Part shown: piece after piece, positions 37,650 through 45,148 of the stretch
Position numbering within the stretch: the first letter of the stretch is position 1
Layout: every line of letters starts with the position of its first letter
Source: Meiothermus sp.
GTDB lineage: Bacteria > Deinococcota > Deinococci > Deinococcales > Thermaceae
Assembly: GCA_033762915.1 (NCBI GenBank)
Contig: JANRLD010000008.1
Location: 1-45,148, forward strand
Direction: 5' to 3'
Length of the DNA stretch: 45,148 nucleotides
Notes under the pieces: generated by a model
The model's input: the letters and a program-made list of their open reading frames with translations, nothing else
Told to the model about the DNA's origin: nothing
Databases searched by the model: none
Translations under genes and position numbers: made by a program

Positions 37650-40364
37650 GTGAGTATCGAACGTGGTGTGGATAGCTGGAACCTCGCCTACCTCGAGGCG
37701 CTCTACCAGGAGTACGAGAAAGACCCCTCATCCGTCTCGTCCGAGTGGACGAGCTACTTCCACGACGCCGAGGCCTCCGGCCCCAACGGTGCAACCGGCG
37801 CGGCGGTGGTGGACGCCAACTCGGTCTCGGAGATCGCCTCCTTTTTCCTCAAGGCGGTGCGGCTGATCCGGGCCTACCGCGAGCGCGGCCACCTGGCGGC
37901 CCGCATAGACCCGCTGGGCCGCAGCCGCCAGACCCCGCCCGAGCTCGAGGCCAGCTTCTACGGCCTGAGCGAGGCCGACCTGCAGCGCCCGATCCCGCAG
38001 GAGTTCGGGGCAGGCACCCTGGCCCAGCTCATCGAGAAGCTGAAGGTGCTCTACTGCGGCACTATTGGGATTGAGATCGGACACCTCGACGACCCCGAGG
38101 TGCGTCGATGGCTCGAGGGCAGGCTCGAGGCGGGCTTTGCCAAGCCCGACACCGAGCAGAAAAAGCGCATCCACGAGCGCTTGATGCAGGCCACGGTCTT
38201 CGAGGAGTTCTTGCAGAAGAAGTACCTGGGGGCCAAGACCTTCAGCTTAGAGGGCACCGAGTCGCTGATCCCGCTGATGGACTTGGTCACCGAGAACGCC
38301 GCGAGACAGGGCGTGAGCGAGATCGTGCTGGGTATGGCCCACCGCGGTCGCCTCAACGTGCTGGCCAACGTGGTCAAGAAGCCCCTGCGCGACATCTTTC
38401 TTGAGTTCGAGGAGGTCTTCCCCGAGGACTATGCGGGCGACGTGAAGTACCACCTGGGCTACTCCAACGACATCGAGACCCCGGCGGGCAAGCTGCACAT
38501 CTCGCTCAACTTCAATCCCTCGCACCTCGAGTTCGTGGCCCCGGTGGCGATGGGGCGCACCAGGGCCAAGCAGGACCGCTTCGGCGACAGGGGGCGCGAG
38601 AAGGGGATGCTGCTCCTGATCCACGGCGACGCGGCCTTCATCGGCGAGGGCATCGTGCAAGAGACCCTCAACATCTCCGGCATCCCCGCCTACACGGTGG
38701 GGGGCGCGGTACACATCATCCTGAACAACCAGGTCGGCTTCACCACCGAGCCGCACGAGTACACCGCCGGGCTGTACTCGACCGAGATCGCCAAGATGCT
38801 CGAGAGCCCCATCTTCCACGTCAATGCCGAAGACCCCGAGGCACTGGTGGGGGTGGTGGAGCTGGCGATGGAGTTCCGCAAGGCCTTCAAGCGCGACGTG
38901 TTTATCGACCTGATCGGCTTCCGCAAGCGCGGCCACAACGAGACCGACGAACCCAGCTTCACCCAGCCCGACATGTACCGCCGCATCGCCGCCAAGAAGC
39001 CCGCCCACGTGGGCTACTTTGCCAGGCTCGAGAGCCAGGGCCTGCGCACCAAGGCCGAGGCCGATGCGCTCTCCAAGGCCTACCAGGACGGCCTCGAGTC
39101 CGCCTTCTCCTCGGCCCGGCGCGAACCCGAGCCGACCCGCCCCCCCTCGGGCGGCGGGATTTGGAGGGGGTACGTTGGGGGCCTCGAGAAGGGCAACGAG
39201 GACCCCGACACCGGCCTTGAGCAGCGCGTACTGCACGCCCTGATGGACGGCCTGACCACCCTGCCCGAAGGCTTCCAGCTACACCCCAAGCTGCAAAAGT
39301 TTGTGGAGGGTCGGCGCGAGATGGGCCAGGGCCGCAAGCCCCTGGACTGGGCTTCTGCTGAGGCACTGGCGTTCGCCAGCCTCGCCACCGAGGGCCACCG
39401 CGTGCGGGTCTCGGGCCAGGACGTAATTCGCGGCACCTTCACCCAGCGCCATGGGGGCTACACCGACAACAAGACCGGCCAGAAGTACATCCCCGCGGAC
39501 CACCTGGCCGAGGGCCAGGCCCCCGTCGAGCTGTACAACTCGGCCCTCTCGGAGATGGGCGTCCTGGGCTTCGAGTACGGCTACAGCCTGGACATGCCCG
39601 AGGGGCTGATCGCCTGGGAGGCCCAGTACGGCGACTTTGTTAACACCGCGCAGGTCATCATCGACCAGTTCATCGCCAGCGCCGAGGCCAAGTGGAGCCG
39701 CCTATCGGGGATCGTGATGCTGCTGCCGCACGGCATGGAAGGCGGCGGCCCCGAGCACAGTTCGGCCCGCCTCGAGCGCTTCCTCCAGCTCTGCTCGCGC
39801 GACAACATGCAGGTGGTCTACCCCACCACCCCCGCGCAGTACTTCCACCTGCTGCGCCGCCAGGTGGTGCGCAAGTGGCGCAAGCCGCTGATCGTGATGA
39901 CCCCCAAAAGCCTGCTGCGCAACCCCGAGGCCGTCTCCGACCTCTCCGAACTTACCAGGGGTAAGTTCCAGCGCGTCCTCAGCAGCGCCCACGCCAGCCC
40001 CGGCAAGATCAGCCGCATCGTACTCTGCTCGGGCAAGGTCTACTACGACCTCGAGGCCGCCCGCAAAGCCGCCGGCAAGGACGACGTGGCGGTGATCCGC
40101 CTTGAGCAGTTCTACCCCTTCCCCACGGCCGAACTCGAGGCCGCCCTGGCCCTCTACCCCGCCAGGGCCGACGTGGTCTGGCTGCAAGAGGAGCCCGCCA
40201 ACATGGGGGCCTGGTGGTTCATCCGGGCCCGCTACGGCGACAAGATGTTCGGGCGCAACCTGAGCGTGGTCGCCCGCGAGGAGTCTAGCAGCCCCGCCGT
40301 CGGCTCGAAGAAGGTGCACGACAAACAGCAGCAGAAGATCGTGGCGGAAGCCCTCGGAATGTAA
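37650..40364 (+). CDS. sucA: 2-oxoglutarate dehydrogenase E1
   Basis: GMAHRGRLN, GDVKYHLG, NPSHLE, HGDAAF, WEAQYGDF, GPEHSSAR. Confidence 0.97.
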   Translation: MSIERGVDSWNLAYLEALYQEYEKDPSSVSSEWTSYFHDAEASGPNGATGAAVVDANSVSEIASFFLKAVRLIRAYRERGHLAARIDPLGRSRQTPPELEASFYGLSEADLQRPIPQEFGAGTLAQLIEKLKVLYCGTIGIEIGHLDDPEVRRWLEGRLEAGFAKPDTEQKKRIHERLMQATVFEEFLQKKYLGAKTFSLEGTESLIPLMDLVTENAARQGVSEIVLGMAHRGRLNVLANVVKKPLRDIFLEFEEVFPEDYAGDVKYHLGYSNDIETPAGKLHISLNFNPSHLEFVAPVAMGRTRAKQDRFGDRGREKGMLLLIHGDAAFIGEGIVQETLNISGIPAYTVGGAVHIILNNQVGFTTEPHEYTAGLYSTEIAKMLESPIFHVNAEDPEALVGVVELAMEFRKAFKRDVFIDLIGFRKRGHNETDEPSFTQPDMYRRIAAKKPAHVGYFARLESQGLRTKAEADALSKAYQDGLESAFSSARREPEPTRPPSGGGIWRGYVGGLEKGNEDPDTGLEQRVLHALMDGLTTLPEGFQLHPKLQKFVEGRREMGQGRKPLDWASAEALAFASLATEGHRVRVSGQDVIRGTFTQRHGGYTDNKTGQKYIPADHLAEGQAPVELYNSALSEMGVLGFEYGYSLDMPEGLIAWEAQYGDFVNTAQVIIDQFIASAEAKWSRLSGIVMLLPHGMEGGGPEHSSARLERFLQLCSRDNMQVVYPTTPAQYFHLLRRQVVRKWRKPLIVMTPKSLLRNPEAVSDLSELTRGKFQRVLSSAHASPGKISRIVLCSGKVYYDLEAARKAAGKDDVAVIRLEQFYPFPTAELEAALALYPARADVVWLQEEPANMGAWWFIRARYGDKMFGRNLSVVAREESSSPAVGSKKVHDKQQQKIVAEALGM

Positions 40365-40393
40365 AGGATTGGGCAGGTGTGATGAGAAGGCCC

Positions 40394-40447
40394 TTAGCCG
40401 TTAGCCATTGGCTTTTGACTAACAGCTAACCGCTAATTGCTAAAAGC
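40394..40447. repeat. Heptamer inverted repeat (TTAGCCN / CTAANNG arms)
   Basis: TTAGCCG TTAGCCA TTGGCTT ... CTAACAG CTAACCG CTAATTG CTAAAAG. Confidence 0.7.
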
Positions 40448-40513
40448 CCTCAGGTTCCTTACAGTTGTACACGTCAAAACGAGCCGAAAACGGCCCGCAA
40501 ATAGGGAGGCATA

Positions 40514-41731
40514 ATGGCCTTGGAACTGAAGATCCCCGCTGTGGGGGAGTCCATCACCGAAGTAGAGATTGGGCAGTGGCTGAAGAAAGAGGGCGACGCG
40601 GTTAAGGCCGATGAGCCGCTGGTGGAGCTGGTTACAGACAAGGCGACCCTCGAGCTACCCGCGCCTGCTGCCGGGGTGCTGGGCAGGATTTTGATCCCCT
40701 CGGGGCAGGCCAAGGTGGGCGACGTGGTGGCGCTTTTGGAGGAGAGCGCAGGTACTGTGGCCCCTGCCCCCGCCGCTCCCATGTCTGCCCCTGCCGCCCC
40801 TGCCGCCGCGGTTGCCGAACCCAGGGTGATGCCCGCCGCCGAGCGCGTCGCTGCCCAGTCAGGCGTGGATGTGAGCAGGGTGGAGGGCACGGGTCTCGGC
40901 GGCCGGGTACTCAAAGAAGACGTGCAGAAGGTCGCCGCCGCTCCTGCCGCTGCGCCCCAGCCTGCCAGCGCCCCTGCACCCGCACCTAAGCCCGCCGTCG
41001 CCGTGCCGCCCGTGGCCCTTAAGACCGGCGAGCGCAAGGACGACGTGGTACCCATGACCCCGCTGCGCCGCCGCATCGCCGAGCGCCTGCTGGCGGCCAA
41101 GCAGAACACCGCCATGCTGACCACCTTCAACGAGGCGGACATGGGCATGGTGATGGAGCTGCGCAAGGAGTACGGCGAGGCCTTCCAGAAGAAGTACGGC
41201 CTCAAGCTGGGCTTCATGAGCTTTTTCGTAAAGGCCGTCACCCAGGCCCTGCAAGAGATTCCCCAGCTCAACGCCGAGATTCGCGGCACCGAGATCGTCT
41301 ATCACCGTTATTACGACATCGGCATCGCGGTGGGGGGCGGCGAGGGGCTGGTGGTGCCGGTGGTGCGCAACACCGACCTGCTCAGCATGGCCCAGATCGA
41401 GGCCGCCATCGCCGACTACGGCGAGCGCGTCAGGGCCAAGAAGATCAAGCCCGAGGAGTTGATGGGCGGTACCTTCACCATCACCAACGGCGGCATCTAC
41501 GGCTCCTTAAACTCCACCCCCATCCTCAACTCGCCCCAGGTGGGTATCCTGGGGATGCACGCCATCGTGGAGCGCCCCGTCGCCAAGGGCGGGCAGGTGG
41601 TGATCCGCCCCATGATGAACCTGGCCCTCTCCTACGACCACCGCATCGTGGATGGACGCGAGGCCGTGACCTTCCTCAAGAGGGTCAAGGAGATGATCGA
41701 GAACCCCGTTCGACTTGTCGTCGAAGTCTAG
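40514..41731 (+). CDS. sucB: Dihydrolipoamide succinyltransferase E2
   Basis: Lipoyl VTDKAT, E3-binding [25 protein letters not shown]. Confidence 0.97.
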   Translation: MALELKIPAVGESITEVEIGQWLKKEGDAVKADEPLVELVTDKATLELPAPAAGVLGRILIPSGQAKVGDVVALLEESAGTVAPAPAAPMSAPAAPAAAVAEPRVMPAAERVAAQSGVDVSRVEGTGLGGRVLKEDVQKVAAAPAAAPQPASAPAPAPKPAVAVPPVALKTGERKDDVVPMTPLRRRIAERLLAAKQNTAMLTTFNEADMGMVMELRKEYGEAFQKKYGLKLGFMSFFVKAVTQALQEIPQLNAEIRGTEIVYHRYYDIGIAVGGGEGLVVPVVRNTDLLSMAQIEAAIADYGERVRAKKIKPEELMGGTFTITNGGIYGSLNSTPILNSPQVGILGMHAIVERPVAKGGQVVIRPMMNLALSYDHRIVDGREAVTFLKRVKEMIENPVRLVVEV

Positions 41732-42050
41732 GGTCCAGAGTCTAAAGTCTAGAGCTGAGCGTGGTCAGAGGGCAGAGGTCAGTGATCAGTGAAAGGCCAG
41801 GTCAAAGGCGGACCCCCCATAGGTTGCGGGGTCGCTTTGACTTTTGGGATGGCCTTGTTGGCTCCCGGCCTTCCAATGTGAACGGGAACGAAGGTCAAAG
41901 GCGAAGTACCTATCTCGAGCTTTTGACCTTTGCCCCCCTGTGTACAAGGGGGCCGAAAGACAAACCGGCGGGTACATTCCAGGCCACCCGGCAGGGTCGG
42001 GGGGTCGCTTTTTGCTCTGTACCCTTGACCCCCGAAGCTTGACCTTTTCG
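41725..42050. repeat. Intergenic heptamer tract plus REP-like hairpins containing GGTCAAAGGCG
   Basis: AGTCTAG-type units at 41725-41789; GGTCAAAGGCG at 41800 and 41893, each paired with a downstream TTTGAC; a third copy at 34305. Confidence 0.6.
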
Positions 42051-42060
42051 CGGAGAGAAT

Positions 42061-43443
42061 ATGCCAAGACATCAACTGGTGGTAATCGGCGCGGGGCCGG
42101 GGGGCTATGTGGCCGCCATTAAAGCCGCGCAACTCGGGCTGGACGTGGCGTGCATCGAGAAGGAGCAGGCCCTCGGGGGGACCTGTCTGCGGGTGGGGTG
42201 CATCCCTTCCAAGGCGCTCCTGGACGCCAGCGAGAAGTATCACAGCGCGGCCGCCGGGCACCTGATCGGGGCCAAGATCGGCTCGGTGGAGCTCGACCTG
42301 CCGGCCATGATGGCCCACAAGGACAAGGTGGTGAAGGCCAACACCGGCGGGGTGGAGTTTCTGTTCAAGAAGAACAAGGTCAAGCGCTACCTGGGCCACG
42401 GGCGCATCGCGGGGCCGAACAAGGTGGTGGTGGAGGGGCCGGAGGGGACGCAGGAACTCGAGGCCGACCGCATCCTGATTGCCACCGGCTCCAAGGTGGC
42501 CAGCCTCAAGGGCGTCGAGTTGGACTACGACCTCGTGGCAACTTCCGACCAGGCCATCGCCTACCCCAGCGTGCCCGAGTCGCTGATCGTGATCGGGGGC
42601 GGGGTGATCGGCCTCGAGCTGGGCTCGGTCTGGAGCCGCCTGGGCGCGAAGGTGACGGTGCTGGAGTACCTGCCCAACATCCTGGCTGGGATGGACTTGG
42701 AGCTCTCCAGGGCCGCCGAGAAGATCTTCAGAAAGCAGGGCCTGGACATCCGCACGGGCGTACGGGTGCTCAAGGCCTACGCCAGGGATGGCCAGGGCGT
42801 GGTCGAGGTCGAGGGCGGCGAACCCCTGACCGCCGAGCGGGTGCTGCTGGCCACGGGCCGCGTTCCGAACACGGATGGGTTGGGGCTGGATAGTGTCGGC
42901 ATCGCCCTCGACAACCGGGGCCGCGTCCCCGTGAACGCCCACTTTCAGACCTCGGTACCCTCCATCTTCGCCATCGGCGACGTGATCGCAGGCGCGATGC
43001 TGGCCCACAAGGCCGAGGAGGAGGGCTACGCGGCGGTGGAGTACATGGTCACGGGCTACGGGCACGTGGACCACAACTCGATCCCCGGCGTGGTCTACAC
43101 CCACCCCGAGGTGGCCTCGGTGGGCAAAACCGAGGAAGAACTCAAGGCCGCAGGGGTGAACTACAAGAAGGGCTCCTTCCCCTACAGCGCCAACGGACGC
43201 GCGAGGGCCATTGGCGAGACCGATGGCTTCGCCAAGATCCTCACCGACGCCGCCACCGACCGCATCCTGGGCGTCCACATCATCGGGGCCCACGCCGGCG
43301 ACCTGATCGCCGAGAGCGCAGTGGCAATGGCCTTTAAAGCCTCGGCAGAGGATGTGGCCCGGGCCTCCCACGCCCACCCCACCCTGGCCGAGGTGGTAAA
43401 GGAGGCCGCGCTGGCGGCCTGGGACAAGCCGATACATATTTGA
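42061..43443 (+). CDS. lpdA: Dihydrolipoamide dehydrogenase E3
   Basis: GAGPGGY, GGTCLRVGCIPSK, GGGVIGLE, HAHPTLAE. Confidence 0.97.
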   Translation: MPRHQLVVIGAGPGGYVAAIKAAQLGLDVACIEKEQALGGTCLRVGCIPSKALLDASEKYHSAAAGHLIGAKIGSVELDLPAMMAHKDKVVKANTGGVEFLFKKNKVKRYLGHGRIAGPNKVVVEGPEGTQELEADRILIATGSKVASLKGVELDYDLVATSDQAIAYPSVPESLIVIGGGVIGLELGSVWSRLGAKVTVLEYLPNILAGMDLELSRAAEKIFRKQGLDIRTGVRVLKAYARDGQGVVEVEGGEPLTAERVLLATGRVPNTDGLGLDSVGIALDNRGRVPVNAHFQTSVPSIFAIGDVIAGAMLAHKAEEEGYAAVEYMVTGYGHVDHNSIPGVVYTHPEVASVGKTEEELKAAGVNYKKGSFPYSANGRARAIGETDGFAKILTDAATDRILGVHIIGAHAGDLIAESAVAMAFKASAEDVARASHAHPTLAEVVKEAALAAWDKPIHI

Positions 43444-43466
43444 GCAGGGGCAGGGGCAGGGGCAAA

Positions 43467-43500
43467 GCGGAGGCTCGAGGCTTTCCCCTCGAGCCTCCGT
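43467..43500 (+). terminator. Terminator hairpin after lpdA
   Basis: CGGAGGCTCGAGG-N6-CCTCGAGCCTCCG followed by TGGTTT. Confidence 0.6.
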
Positions 43501-43551
43501 GGTTTGTAAACGGCAGGACAAATCACGATAAAATAATCAACGAGGTGAACA

Positions 43552-45148
43552 GTGAAAACTGGCTCTCGAGAGCAGGGTGGGCTGCTGCATTTGTTTCATC
43601 TAGGGTACTCCCGGAACGGTGGATTTACTGCCCTCACACCGGAGCGGTCGCTGTGGATGCTGGCCTACTTGGCCGTCCACGACCGCTGGGTGGGCCGGGA
43701 CGAACTCGCCCGCCTGCTCTGGCCCGACGCCGACCCCGAGGCCGCCAAGGGCAACCTGCGCCAGCTCCTCTACCGCACCCGCCAGTCGGGCTGGGCACCG
43801 GCCCTCGAGGTCGAGCGCACCCAGCTCCGCTGGCGTGAGGGCAGCGACCTGCACCTGTTCCGCCGGGCCTACCGGGACAAACAGTGGCTTGAGGCCGTCG
43901 AGATCTATCAGGGCGAGTTGCTCACGGGTTTCGAGGCCTTCGGGGCTGAGGAGTTTAGCGCCTGGCTCGAGATCGAGCGCCGCGACCTGAACGCCCTCTG
44001 GCGCGAGGCCGCGCAAAACCAGGTCGCCGTTTTTGAGCAGGCCGGGCGCTTCGGCGAGGCCGCAGGACTGCTCGAACGCATCCTCCGCAGCGACCCCCTG
44101 GCCGAGGACGTGCTGTGCGAGCACCTGCGCTTGGCTGCCTCGAGCGGGCGGCGGGATCGGGCGCTCGAGCTGTACCAGAGCTTTGCTAAACAACTGGACA
44201 ACGAGTTGGGTCTGGAGCCGAGGGCCGAGACCCGGAAACGTTTTGAAGAGCTGCGCTCGGTCGAAACCCAAAAGCCCAAGCCCGCCCCTCAAGCCCCCGC
44301 CTCCGAGCCTGCCCCTTCGGCCCACCGCTTGCCCTTGCCGCAGACCCGGTTCGTGGGGCGCAACACCGAGATGGAGTGGCTCGAGGACAAGCTGAACATT
44401 CCGGGCGCTCAGGTGCTCTGCCTGGTCGGGCCGGGGGGAATCGGGAAAACCCATCTGGCCCTCGAGGCGGCGCGGCGCTTCCCTGGTCAAGCGGTGTTTG
44501 TTTCCCTGGTGGGTCATGACGCGGGGCAGTCGCTGGCTCCTGCCGTGGCCCAGGCCGTGGGCCTGATGCTCTCCGGCAAGGCCGAGGCCGAGGCCGAGCT
44601 GGCGGCGATGCTCGAGGGCCACTCGGTGCTGCTGGTGCTGGACAACGTGGAGCAGGTGGTCGAGGAAGCCCGCCGCCTCGCCGCCCACTTGCAGGGGCTC
44701 GAAGGCGTACAGCTCCTGTTCACCTCGCGGGTGCGGCTGGGGCTGGCGGCAGAACACACCCTCGAGCTTGGCGGACTGAGCTTCCCCCAGCGTGGGGAAT
44801 CCACCGGCACAGCCGACGAATCCTACGCCGCGATCCGTCTTCTGCTCGAGACGGTGGGGCGCGTCAACCCCCAGGGCGCCCGCGCCCCCGAGGATCAGGC
44901 CGAAGCGGCTCGCATCTGCCAAACCGTAGCGGGGGTACCGCTGGCCCTGGTGCTAGCGGGCTCCTGGGCACGAATGCTAAGCCTGGGCGAGATCGCCGAC
45001 GAGCTCGAGAAGAGCCTGGACTTCCTGGGGGGCGCGGTGCGCGGTCTGCCCGAGCGGCACCAGAGCATCCGAAACGTATTCGAATACTCCTGGCGACTGC
45101 TCTCCGAGGAGCAGCGACTTGCTCTGGCCGCGCTCTCGGTGTTCCGGG
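43552..45148 (+). CDS. AfsR/SARP-family regulator (wHTH-BTAD-NB-ARC), truncated by the window edge
   Basis: Not in the ORF track. GTG 43552 after GAGGTG; LAYLAVHDRWVGRDELARLLWP...NLRQLL, YQGELL...WLEIER, DPLAE, FVGR, LVGPGGIGKT, LLVLDNVE, GVPLAL. Confidence 0.9.
   Translation, partial: MKTGSREQGGLLHLFHLGYSRNGGFTALTPERSLWMLAYLAVHDRWVGRDELARLLWPDADPEAAKGNLRQLLYRTRQSGWAPALEVERTQLRWREGSDLHLFRRAYRDKQWLEAVEIYQGELLTGFEAFGAEEFSAWLEIERRDLNALWREAAQNQVAVFEQAGRFGEAAGLLERILRSDPLAEDVLCEHLRLAASSGRRDRALELYQSFAKQLDNELGLEPRAETRKRFEELRSVETQKPKPAPQAPASEPAPSAHRLPLPQTRFVGRNTEMEWLEDKLNIPGAQVLCLVGPGGIGKTHLALEAARRFPGQAVFVSLVGHDAGQSLAPAVAQAVGLMLSGKAEAEAELAAMLEGHSVLLVLDNVEQVVEEARRLAAHLQGLEGVQLLFTSRVRLGLAAEHTLELGGLSFPQRGESTGTADESYAAIRLLLETVGRVNPQGARAPEDQAEAARICQTVAGVPLALVLAGSWARMLSLGEIADELEKSLDFLGGAVRGLPERHQSIRNVFEYSWRLLSEEQRLALAALSVFR

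Overview
High-GC bacterial chromosome segment, most likely Deinococcota of the Meiothermus/Calidithermus type (LysW-pathway lysZ, many leaderless genes with a -10 box 6-7 nt before the start codon, strong CTCGAG excess, 7-mer intergenic repeats). Housekeeping genes: argF, rsuA, groES-groEL with a CIRCE-like operator, sanA, a TrmH-family methylase, lysZ, ilvA and sucA-sucB-lpdA. Accessory blocks: a Tat-lipoprotein with a Rieske-like fold but rewired Cys/His ligands beside a degenerate SARP/STAND regulator; a LacI-GH32-ABC fructoside uptake cluster; a quinone/thiol-stress block (MhqD/MhqO-like, YceI, CDGSH protein, monothiol glutaredoxin, two HxlR regulators) that encloses a cytochrome c-fused PHM/DBH-like copper monooxygenase and its coupled secreted partner; two beta-barrel-like proteins; an orphan colicin-type immunity protein; a type II pantothenate kinase-like protein; and an FN3-stalked PQQ sugar dehydrogenase. 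Three copies of a small non-autonomous element (MITE-like) carry terminal inverted repeats and 3-bp TNA target duplications. No rRNA, tRNA, CRISPR array, transposase or prophage was recognised. All calls come from motif reading by eye; no searches were run.
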